Below, piece after piece: positions 51,886 through 64,000 of a stretch of 64,000 bases of DNA. The first letter of the stretch is position 1, and every line of letters starts with the position of its first letter. The notes under the pieces were generated by a model. The model was not told the origin of the DNA. It ran no database searches and was given only the letters and a program-made list of their open reading frames with translations. Origin of the DNA: Prorocentrum cordatum (lineage: Eukaryota); the NCBI GenBank assembly GCA_963575745.1, contig CAUYUJ010000137.1, positions 186,001-250,000 on the forward strand, given 5' to 3'. The translations under genes and the position numbers were made by a program.

Positions 51886-54800
51886 GTGCGGAGGTCCTCC
51901 ATCGTCTCCTCCTCATCCTCCTCTTCCTTTTCTCGCGCCCTCACTGTTACGAACACTCTTCCTTGCCCTGAAGGGACGTCCTGGGATGGCGGCGCTGCGG
52001 ACGCAGGTGCAGGGGCTCGAGTGGCTGGGAGTAACGCCGCTGCGGCCCGAGACGAAGGCGGAGTGCTGGCAGCTGCGGGAGGCAGCGGAGGTGTTGGGGC
52101 CGCCCCGTGCGCCTCCGCTGCCGCTCCCGCGTCGGCAGGCGCGAACGCTGCCGACATCCCCGTGGATGGCAACATCGACGTCCACATGCGTGACAGCGAG
52201 GGCCAGCCAGCACAGAGGCGGCGCCGCATGACGGGCGGACGCACCACCCGTTGGTGCGTCAGCGCCCAGGCGGCCCGTGGCAAGAAGGCTCACTGCACGC
52301 GCTGCATGGGAGGCTTCGAGGCGGGCGAGTGGCGCGTGGCGGGCGTCGTGACACCACCCGCGGGGTCCCAGGCGCACGCGGGCAGGAAGTGGTTCCACAT
52401 GGCCTGCGTCGATGGCCCACTACCACCAGCTACGGCGATGGTGGGCTTTACTCAGCTCCCTGAGGGCGACAGGGATCGCCTCACGGCAGCCCTGGAAGCC
52501 CGAGGGGGCCCCATCCTGCCCCTGCTGGAGACAGTCGAAGGCCAGGCCCCCACCCCTCCCACCCAGGGAGATGGCGCGGCAGGGGGCACTGGGGCAGCCC
52601 CGAGGCCCCCTGCCGCCGCCGCGCCAGGAGCGTGCGGCCCAGGCGCGCGGGGGACTCCCCTGGGGGCGGCCGAGGCAGCGGTGCCGACCACGGCGGACAT
52701 TCTACAACCACCACTCGACGTTCCTGCGGAAGCAGGCGAAGATGGCGGACTCGAGACAGGCGTCTACGACGACTACCTGGGCGACCAGGTGACGAGCGAG
52801 GACGCGTACCACGAGGTGGGCTTCGTCAACCTGGACTGGTGGGATGCCATCGGGTGGGACCGCATCCTGCTCCAAGGGGCGCCCACCACAGCCATGATCC
52901 CCGAGAGCATGGCGGCAGCCGTCAGCCACGTGAAGGCGCGGCTGTGCTTGGCAATTGAGCAAGCCCGCCAGAGCAACGACGCTCAGTCGTCGAGCACGTT
53001 GACGAGGCTGCGGAAGGTGTTCCTCTCGCTGGACGGACTACTGTTCAGCGAAAATGCGACCCCGACCCCGACGACACGGCGTGAGCGCCTCCAGGAACGC
53101 CTGCGGTGGATCCAAGACGGCCAGTGGGATGTCGCCTGGCTTTCCATGGAGGGCCAGGCGCGCACCACGGCCACCACGAAAGGCCGCGAGGATCACGTCG
53201 CATCCCGTGTACGCCGTGTCACCGAGCTCGCACGAGCGGGAGAGATGTCTCGGGCGGCGGCGGCAGTGTGGCCCCAGGGGGACATGGCGGACGCAGCGGC
53301 GGTGGTGAGGAAGTTCAGCACCACCCAGCAGCCCGAGGCGCCTCGTCCAAGCGAGTGGGGCCCTCCCCCTGGCGCTGGGGCCGCCCCGCGTGGGCCAGGG
53401 AGAGGGGCCGCAGGGGCGGGGGCCGACGTGGCGATGCCGCCAGCCGCAGCTCCCCGCGAGCTCGACGGCGCAGCAGAACCACACCGCCGCGTGGCCAACC
53501 ACCTTAAACGTCAGTTTGGCCGCTTCCCCCGCCGTGGAGGGGCGGTGCCTGGAGGAGGACGCTACGAGCACTGGGCCCCTCTCAAGCACGACGAGGACGG
53601 AGCAGAGGCGGTGGCCAACACGCTGGCTCGACTGGCCATCGGGGACCTCCCCTCCGAGGCGCTGGCCGCCATGGCGGCGGCGCGCCTCACAGGCATCCCC
53701 AAGGCACCCCCTGGGGATGTGCGAGCCCTGGGCCGTGGAGACGTCACCCGCCGCATGGTGGGCCGCAGTGCCGCCAAAGTCCACCACAAGGACATGCGGG
53801 CGGCGGTGGGAGACCAGCAGTTCGGACTCGCCAAGGACGGATGTGGTGCACTCCACCGACGCCTATGCACAATGGCCAACTCGAGCCCAGGCAAGTGGGT
53901 GGTGGCGGTGGACCTCGGGGGTGCGTTCAGCAACGTCCCCCGCGACCTGGTGAAGGAGGCCGGGCGCGCCAAGGTGTCTGCGCTGGCCCCGTTGGCGGAA
54001 GCCTGGCTCCCCGCCCGAACACGCCACGCGGCGGGGGGCGGGTCGCAACCCGCCCAGCTGGTCGACCAGATCCGTGGCCTCGACCAGGGCTGCCCGATGA
54101 GCCCAGGCTCCTACGCGGTCGGCACCGCGGATGCCCTCAGCATCGGCCGCATGGCCGTGCGCGCGGTGGACATGGAAGGGGACTGCTTGGCCTTCCTGGA
54201 CGACGCGTGCTTCGTGGGCACCGCAGCCGCCGTGCCCCGTGGCTTGGATGCGTGGCGTGCCCGCATCGAAGCCCACGGGATGAAGCTCAAGATGTCCAAG
54301 ACCCAGATATGGTTCCCCGACGCCCAAGCTGTCTTGCCGCCCGAGTTTGCAGAGTACGCCCAGTACCGCGTCCAGAAGCTCAAGGCGGTGGGGCCCACCC
54401 TGGCCTACACGAACCACGACGTGGACACCGACTGGAGGGGCGTCCCACTCACGGACTTCGCCGCCCCAGAGGACCTCGATGAGGGAGGACACGGGCAGGC
54501 TGGCGGCGCCGGGGCCGCCCCGAGCGCCGCCACGCCACCCCCCTGCGGCGAAGCCTTCCTCCAGAAGCAGGACCGCTACTTCAAGGAGCTGCTGACGCTA
54601 CGCAGGCATGGGCTCTCTGCATTCAACGCATTCCAGTTGATGCGGATCTGGTCGAGGGGCGCCTGCGTCCACATCCAGGGGGCGCCCCCGCTCACGGCGG
54701 CGTGGAGCCGCAGGGTAAATGACGGAGTGGTCGCCTTCGTCAACGCCCTGCTCGGGGTCACGGCGGCCCCCAGAGAGCAGATCTCCATGAAGGTCAGCGA

Positions 54801-55938
54801 CGGAGGCCTGGGCTGTGGCAGCGCTGAGCAGCGCGGCCCAGCCGCCCTCCTGGCATCCCAGGAGCTCCGAGAATCGACAACAATCGGCCTCTTTCGGAAG
54901 TGGCCAGGCCTTGGCCGCGCCCTCTCAGCAGCAGACGAGGAGCAGGGGCGGCTGGCTGGCGGCCGTCGCCCTCAGAGCGACCGCTGGCAGGGCCTTCTGG
55001 AGGGGCGGAAGGGAAAGGACCAGAAGACGTACACCCAGCACGTGCGGGACCACGTCACCAAGACGTTCACGGCTGCGCTGCCAGTGACGGCAGCGGCGGC
55101 GGTGCACAGTGCCTCGGGCAGCTCAGCGGGCGCCTGGTTGGATGATTCCGAGGGGGTCTCGCCCCTCGCCGACCACGCGTTCTGCATTGCTGCCAAGAGG
55201 CGCATGCACCTGCCGCTGCTGCAGTCCGAGTGCACGCGCCTGAACCGACCTGCAGCGCCCACCCGCGCGATGGCGCAGCACGGCCCGACGCGCGGCCGCA
55301 CGGTGGACGTTTGGGGCGTTCATGCGCTCAACTGTCCCAGGGGGGGCGGCCCGACGCGCCGCCACAATGCCATTCGAGACGCCGCGGCGCTCTGGCTACG
55401 CGGGGTGGGCCATCATGCCCTGCTGGAGCAGGTCATCCCAGAGTGGTACACGGAGGAGCAAGGCGCGGCCACATCGGACGTGGTCTACCATCGAGGCATC
55501 CATGATCGAGTGTGCCTCGACATCAGCTTAATGAACAAGATGACAGTGACTCAGACGGGGCGGCCGCACCAGGCAGCCCTGCAGCGCAGAGGAAGTGAAG
55601 CACCGGAGGTGCCCATTTTCGGGCCTGGTGCCCTTTGTCCTAGATGTCAACGGCCGCTGGGGCGCAGTGGCTGAGACGTGGCTGCGCCGCGCCGTAGGGG
55701 AATTGGCCGAAGCCGAACGGCCCGCGGCCCGTGCAGCCCTGCGATCGGCAGTAGCCAACGCCCTGCAGGGCCAAATTGCGGAGCAGGTCGCTCTGGCGAC
55801 GGAGGGCGCAGCGAGACTGGATGCAGGGCCGCCCCGAGCGTCCAGTCTTGACTATATGTGGCCCCAACACACTTGCGTGTGAGTGCTGACCCTCCTCTCC
55901 CCTCTCCCTTTCCCGCAGCCCTGAGTGGTCATAAAAAA
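51886..55938 (+). mobile_element. Non-LTR retrotransposon, CRE/R2-type: PARP-type Zn finger, RT, Zn knuckle, RLE endonuclease
   Basis: 1262-aa ORF with TGIPK..VRAL, QFG, DLGGAFSNV (53911), GLDQGCPMSP (54076), FLDD (54193), DGGLG, AGAWL, HALNC..RRHNAIRD and DVV..CLDIS. A frameshift near 55590 leads to KHRR..PFVLDVNGRWG, with stop at 55882. Short A run at 55933-55938. Confidence 0.92.
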
Positions 55939-56709
55939 GTTGCCACGCCTGCAATGTGCAAGGTTTCGCTCAGTCTCCTTGTCGCGCACACAGCGCGCTA
56001 CTGTAGTGTCATGTTTGATGTGCACGCCATGGTGTGTTGCCTCCTCGCTTTGTGCATGTTGCGGTCTCGGCATGCCACATCTTTGATGCTCGTTATATCT
56101 GGCATTGGGTGGTCCCGCAGCCCATCTGGGATGAGCCTTCATGCAACCAATAGCACCTGTCCCAGGCCGCTGGCTAAAGAGGCGTCAAAAGGCGTTGAAG
56201 ATCGGGGCCTCCCCGCGGGTCCTGGGGCCGTCGGCGGCCCGCCGTCCGCTTTGTCGCCCGCCCGCGACGTGGTTTCCTCGCCCCCCGCCCCCCCTCTCCT
56301 GCCCGTCCAGGGCCCCGAACGGGGGTCAGGCCGTTTTCCGCCAGCATAATGAACGGGCCCCACGCACCTGGAACCGTTGGCTTCAGCCCATAGTCTTCCT
56401 GTGTCACCCTTGTCCCGCCCTGGCAGTTGGCCGCCCCATGTTGGTTCGGTGTACAGCTTCTCACCTTCCCCTCCCCCCCCCGCCAGCTGTTTGGCTCGTG
56501 AGCACCTGCCTCGCACATTCTCTCGAGCTGCACCTCCCGTGCCATCCACCCGACCAAGTGATGGCGCCCAAGTTCTCGAAGCCTGTGCCGATGCCGCGGC
56601 CCGCGCAGACGCACGCCGCGGGGGGGGGGCACCAACCTCCAAAGCAAGGCCGACGCAGCGCCCTGTTCAGCAGGTAAGCTTGTCGGAGAGCGCAGGCGAG
56701 GAGTACGAC

Positions 56710-57606
56710 ATGGCGTCCGAGGCGGCGACCTTTCGGACGGCACCGACGGTGCACGCGGGATCAGCGACCCCCGCTGAGGACGCCGATGGAGGTGGCGGTG
56801 CGGGGGCCGCCCCCAGTGCCGCCGCCTCCGATGGCGCCTCGACGATGCCTGCATCAGCGGTGGTGCCAGTGACGTCAGCCGCCCTGGCGGCGGCAGCCAC
56901 GTATGCTGACTTCACCACAGAGCAGCGGCGCGGGCTGGACGCGCTCACCCTCGCGCTCCACAACCTTCAGCTGAGGGAGCACGCTGTGGGTGGCCGTGGC
57001 GGCCGCGGGGCGCGCAGCGCGGCAGACGGCGAGCGCGCCGTGGACGATGGGACCGCCAGCGAGGCCCCGAGTGCTGCGACCACGGGCGCCCTCAGCGGCC
57101 GCGGGGGCAAGCGCCACCGCCGACGCAGCAACAAAGCCATCGACGGCCAGGCCCCCCAGCCGAGCGACGGCGCGCCAGCCGCGCTCGAAGACGTAGAGAT
57201 GATGACGGAGGAGAACTACGCTGAGGCGGGCTACGTCCACTGCGTGGGCGCATATTGGGTACCGCCGCACCGCCTGGGCTGGTGTCGGAGCTGCACGGCG
57301 CTGGACGACTGGAAGATCATGGCGGTGGAGTACGTGGACGAGCTCAGCTGTGCGGAGATGCGCCGCTATGCGATGGCCAAGGAGGACAACGAGAAATACC
57401 CCAAACTGAAGAGGGGCAAAGAGGGGGCAGTACAAGCTGTACATGTGCTCGAACTGCGTGGCGACGTCGGAGGGCATCTCCGAACACGAGGCCGTGACGC
57501 GCGCTGCGCGCGCGAACAGAGGCCCAAGCTCCATCGACCATGCCGCCAAGCGGGTGGCGAACTTCCGTGCGAGCTTCGACTACATCAAGGAGGGCATGGA
57601 CATCAG
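56710..57606 (+). CDS. Unknown protein segment with two CxxC pairs (one frameshift)
   Basis: Coding-like codons. WCRSC...WKIM, then after a shift near 57425 YMCSNCV...EGISEHEA. Ends at an AG|GT donor. Confidence 0.55.
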
Positions 57607-57607
57607 G

Positions 57608-57940
<333 letters not shown>

Positions 57941-58262
57941 CTAGCGCCGCGCACAAAGGTTTTGAAACATGCGCACGGGATTGATGGATTGAAGGCGGCT
58001 CGGTTTCAAAATCTAGACCTCGCCTTGTTGCCGCGCGCATTCACCTTAGAACCGCACCCTATAATATTACCATTGCAGCCCTCACTGAAAATGTGATGTC
58101 CGTCGGCTGTCCTGGGGGGAAGCCCATCCAAAACTATCGTCCCCAGCCCGCACGGAACATTACCTCTAGCACCGCGGAACGGCGAACATACACAACACAT
58201 ACCGCCCACAAACAATCGTAGGAGAAGTAGTCGTGCGACCGTGGAACCCAGTGCCCGCAATC

Positions 58263-59171
<909 letters not shown>

Positions 59172-59244
59172 TATAAACACGACTCGTCCTAATATTAGTG
59201 GTCGAAATAATCGCAAACATATGGGTATATAACTAATAATAGCA

Positions 59245-59982
59245 GCGGAGCCGCTCTCAATCCAGAAAAGTCTTGCACATTTCCCGAAACGAATGTGCGC
59301 GGCGCTGAGGCGAGAACCACATTTTGAAAACGAGCCGCCCTCAACCCGTTAAACTCTTGAAATGTGTTTCACGAATGTGCGGGGAGCTAAAGCGAGAACA
59401 ACATTTTGAAAACAAGCCGTCCTCAATTCGTGATCACGCAACGTGTTCAAAACGAATGTGTGCGGCACTAAGGCGAGAGCCACATTTTGAACACGAGCCG
59501 CTCACCATCCGTTGAACTGCTGCAAATGCTTGAAACGAATGTGCGCGGCGCTATGGCGAGAGCCACATTTTGAAACCGAACCGCCCTCAATCCGTGAAAC
59601 TCTTGCAACGTGCTCAGAACGAATGCGCGCGGCTCTGAAGCTAAAACCCAATTTTGAAAACGAGCCGCTCACCATCCGGTAAAACTTCTGCAAATGTTCG
59701 AAACGAATGTGCGCGGCGTTGTGGCGAGAACAACATTTTGAAAACGAGCCGGCCCTCAACCCGTGAAACTCTAGTAACGTTTTCAAAACGAATGTGCGCG
59801 GCGCTGAGGCGAGAGCCGAATTTAGAAAACTGACCGCCCTCCGTCCGTGAAGATCTCGTTTCTGAAACGAATGTGCGCGGCGCGAAAGCGAGAACCACAT
59901 TTTGAAAACAAGCCGCCCTCAATCCACGGAACTCTTGCAAGTCTTTGGAACGAATTTGCGCGGCGCTAAGGCGAGAGCCACA
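59245..59982. repeat. ~82-bp degenerate tandem repeat, ~9 copies
   Basis: aaacgaatgtgcgcggcg..aggcgagaaccacattttgaaaacgagccgccctcaa recurs every ~80-85 bp. Confidence 0.9.
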
Positions 59983-62590
59983 TCATCCTTCCGGTGCGGG
60001 AAAAACGCATCCAGGTGCGGGAAGCGTTATCCTTTTGCCAGAAAGAGGTGGGCCTTAACTGCTGGGTGAGGTTCTGAGGTTTAGGGCCAGCCAAGAACGT
60101 TCCTGGGCGGGGTGGGTGTTGAGGTCCCCATCGGCGATCAGCGGGCGATTGTTGTGGGGGGCGAAACGGTAGGATAGCAAAGGGCCGGGTAGATAATCAT
60201 CTCACGAAGCTAGTTTTCCTGGCGCCTCCCAGCGCAGGGAGGCGCCCATGTATCTAGGAATGGGCCCGGCGGCGGGGCGAAACCAGCTGCATGCAGCAGA
60301 TGTCGTAGCCCACCATTTCCCTATCCAACCCTTTCGCGCGGCCCGAGCCTATCCCCCTCCCATCGCCTGACAGCCAGACGCAGTCGTGGTACGTGGGATG
60401 GGGGACGCAGGTGGGCGGAGAGGGGGGCGGAGGGGGTCTGGCCAGGGCAGGGCGGCACCAGGGAAGGGACGTGAAAGGAGGTTTGTCCTTGTTTTCAAGC
60501 TCTCGGAGCCCTCCCTGGGCCCAGGGACTGTCAGAAATCGACTCAGGATGAAGGCTGAAGGCGCCATCGTACCGAGAGGCAGTTTCTCCTTCAGACTCTG
60601 TCAAGTTTACTTGCATCGGCGGGAAAGAGGGGGGGGAGGCCCGAAAGGGAATCTGGACTTCACGTGAGCCAGGACTCAGCTGCACGCATTTCCGGCCCAG
60701 CGCTCGTCGGAAAGGGCGGCCGAGGGGGGGCGGGAATGCCATGCAAGTAAACTAGCCTGGGTCTTAAAAAAAACAACCTCGCAGGGACAACAAGTAAATT
60801 CCCAGGCGCCTCACGGCGCCGGAAGCGCCAATTGTATAACGGAAAACGCCCTTCGGACGAACGTGTCTGACCGCAAACTTCTGCCATTTGGCTACTAGTT
60901 GCTTCATAGTTCTTTCGGATTCAAATATCGAGGGTGATCGGGAGTGCGAAAACCTATGGGCTTGCCTTGCCGCTCCTGGAGTGGAAAGAGTAAAGGCGGA
61001 AGATAAGACGCAGGGAGAAGGGGAGTGGGAGAAGGTACGAGGTGAGTGAGCGGGGGAGCATGGACAGCGCTCTCTTCGCATTCACTACTGGCGATGGGCA
61101 TTGGAACAGGCCTCATCCCTGTGCATCCCTCTGTGCTGCGCACTCGGCTCAAGGTGTTACCAAGAAGGTTTTCTTCGAGGGGCCGAACGGAAGCCAAAAA
61201 AGCCCAATGAGGACCCTACGAAGCGCCCCACACGGCGCAGGACAGCCCCACGGGAGGGCCCGAAGAGGGCACCAAGACGGCCAAGAGGGTCGCAAGAGGG
61301 CCCCAAGATGGCCCCACAGGAGCCCAAGACAGCCCCAAGACGGCCCGATCCAGGCCCCTCAAAAAGTAGAGACGAGAGGTGTCACAGATTGCAGCCGTCT
61401 GGGCGTCAACACGCACAGTGACGCGGAGGCACGGATGCTGAACTTGCCGCAGGCAGCCGGATAATGTGTCCACCAGTGTGCCGCAGGCACTCAAGCCACT
61501 AGTCGGTCCCATCAGTGAGTACAAGGCAATTTGCCCCAGACCCTCGAATTACCCAGCATTGACGCAGCAAGGCCGCGAGGCTCCGGAAACCCACGCTGGC
61601 CTTCACTGCGGACGCAATCCTGCCCACAAGAACGACGAAGAGAAATTCGTCTCGAGCGATGACACAGCGACCTTACGCAGCTTACGCGGGCTGCCTGGGT
61701 GGCACGCCACATTGGAAACCAGGGCGATTGCGCGCGACCTCACGCGCGTAGCTTGCGCATCGATGTCGATGAGCGCGACACCGTTTTCCTGCGTCGCCCA
61801 CTTGCCCGCCGGTTCCACCGAGCTCTTGGACACCCCCCTCCCCGTGCACGGCAGGTGAGCGTCGCGACATCGTCGGCGCTGATTTCTGACGCTGCGTGAA
61901 TCGTTCAACCTCGACCTCATCGTGGCTTTCTCCGATGGCGCAGATCGTCCGATCTCGGGGTGGCGCCCTCGCGCCACCCCCCCATAGAGAGGGGCAACCG
62001 CCGTGGCCAAGACCGCGACGCGCGAGGCGCGACTGCCTCTCCACGCCCCCGCGGCGCCGCCACTGGTTCGCCCCGCCCGCCCCCCCCCGCCCCCGCGCCA
62101 ACCCGTCTGCTGGCGGCGCTCAGTGTGGAACGCCCGCGCGGAGGTCGCCGCCGCGCCGACGCTGCCCAACCTGCCGAAACCCCCTCCTGGCCCCCGCCGC
62201 CCTCCTTCGCCAGCGCCGCCACAGGCCTCCCGAGCGGGGTCGCAGCAGGTGGGGCCGGGCGATCGTGCCGCAGCGGCGATGCATCGGCGATGCATCGGCG
62301 ACGTGGGCGATGCGTTGGCGGTGTGGGCGCGGAGAAAATCGGGCTCCACATCGAGCCGCAGCGCCAGCTGCATCACCGAGGCATCGGCGATGCGGATCTG
62401 GTGGGTGGCGACATGAGAACCCTACCCCCACCAACCATCGACTCCACTGAACCGATGGGAGGCGTGGGTAGGATCCGAACTTTGCCAGCCACATGTTCGA
62501 CGCATTCCGAGCCCTGCCCCCCCACCGCCCGTCGGGTGGCCTGCATCGTTGATCGGCGAGGGTAGGGCTCAGATGTCGCCACCGTGACAA

Positions 62591-62765
62591 TTGGGCGTGG
62601 CTTAACGGGGGGGTCATAAATGGGGGGGTCAGAAACGGTCCCCTTTCGTGCCCCTTTCGGGCCCCTCCGGAGCCCCAGGGGGCTCGTTTAGGTACCGTTT
62701 GGGTACCTTTTCGGATCACCCTCGCCACCCCCCCATTTATGACCCCTCCATTACGCAACGCCCAA
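62591..62765. mobile_element. MITE with 5-bp TSD GACAA
   Basis: TIR ttgggcgt..gggggtcataaatgggggg / ccccccatttatgacccc..acgcccaa; GACAA at 62586-62590 and 62766-62770. Confidence 0.85.
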
Positions 62766-63534
62766 GACAATGACTGTTCCTTGTCCCCGGGTAGCGGTCG
62801 TTACCAGTGGGGGGGGGTTCGGGCGGGAAGGTAACGGCAACAGCGGCCGCGGTGTGCACCCGCCAGGGCTCGTCCGCGCCGCTGGCGCATCACTCGCCCT
62901 CGCGCACCACAGCTTTGGGGGGGGGGAGGGGCAGGCTCCCCCCCAATTACGATCGCGATCGTTAGCGCTACCCCGAGGGGTCAGGGGGCGGGAGGCTTTG
63001 GCCGGGGTGGCGAGCGTTGCCCTGGGGAGGAGCAAAGAAGCGTTCAGCCACTGGGATGCCCAGAGCCCAAGCCCAGAGCGCTGACTGACGCTGACGCCAC
63101 ACGCCCGCGCTCGCAACAAAGGGAGGAGACTTGGCGGTGCGTACAAGGGGGTGGAGGTAGGGGGAGGGCTTCTTAGGAGGCTGCTTCATAGAAGGCGCCG
63201 GTCTTACATCTATAGATCAGGCCCGCGCCTTCTAAGCAACAGGGGTGCTTCTGAGAAGCCCTCCCCCCTCCCCCCACCCCCCTGCGTGGCTGACAGCGCG
63301 CTGACGGACGCCGACGCTACACGCCCGCGCTCGCAGCAAAGGGAGGAGACAGAGACGGGCGGGCGGCGGGACCCCAGCCACGCGGCAGGCCTGCGAGAGC
63401 GGCAGCACCGTGGGCGACGGCGCGAATGCCAGCAGCGCTGGCAGCGCCGCCTGCAGAACGTCGGGAGGTAACTGCTGGGGTGGTATTCGCCGGAAGGATT
63501 AATGGGACGCTCAGAGACATACTAGCAATACACG

Positions 63535-63720
63535 TCCTCCTTGAAGGCGAGCGCCCGACCGGAACATATAGTAGACCTATCGTGTAGTATATCCTTTCCC
63601 GAGCGGTGTGGCCAGAAAGCGGCGGCCGCGATACATCCACTGTAAGATTTCTCGGTGTGCGCGCCGACCCTGGGGGGCGACGCACATGTAGTATGATTAT
63701 GTTGAGGTGACGCCGAATGA
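63535..63720. repeat. Dispersed repeat homologous to ~18995-19165
   Basis: Shared ttcc-gagcggt--ggccagaaagcg...taagatttctc...ggggggcgacgc. Confidence 0.7.
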
Positions 63721-64000
63721 AGGAGGATCGAGCCCCGAGTGAACGGGAGTAAACCGCATCAAGCGGGATTAGGCCGGTTTGAGCGGGAGTTGCGAGGCTA
63801 TGCCTCCTCTCGGCCTCGCTCTGAGGCTCCGCCGCTTCCTCCCTCCTCTTCTCTGCCTAATTCAAGCTTCGCGCGGCCCGCTTAGCTTCGACCAGAAGAG
63901 GTGCGCTCTCGACCCGCGGATCAAAAAACTGTTTGAGCGGGCGTGAACCGGACTACGCGGGATGAAGCTGGATTGAACTGGATTTCGGACTGGGGCAAAA

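Noticed and set aside
59245..59982. CRISPR-like array
   Set aside because: The linkers are homologous to each other, and the context is eukaryotic.

Overview
Eukaryotic, GC-rich, extremely repeat-dense DNA. It looks like a dinoflagellate nuclear genome (Prorocentrum-like); this is inferred from GC/GA splice donors, AG|G acceptors and the retroelement types. Most ORFs in the track are artefacts of microsatellites, satellites and high GC. Supportable content: (1) a near full-length CRE/R2-type (RLE) non-LTR retrotransposon at ~51.9-55.9 kb with an N-terminal PARP-type zinc finger; (2) a decayed Copia-like LTR element at ~37.3-41.0 kb with gag, CCHC knuckle, protease and a cytosine-methyltransferase-like domain, interrupted by MITEs; (3) a multi-exon tandem-cupin gene on the minus strand (15.0-18.2 kb), with a hairpin transposon inserted in coding sequence and a 31-bp duplication of an exon/donor junction; (4) further LINE remnants and orphan exons; (5) a homogeneous 90-bp satellite (~46 copies), an ~82-bp degenerate array, kb-scale (TAG)n arrays, and many MITE/foldback families, several with readable target-site duplications. 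No rRNA, tRNA or CRISPR array was seen. All family calls come from reading motifs by eye, not from database searches.
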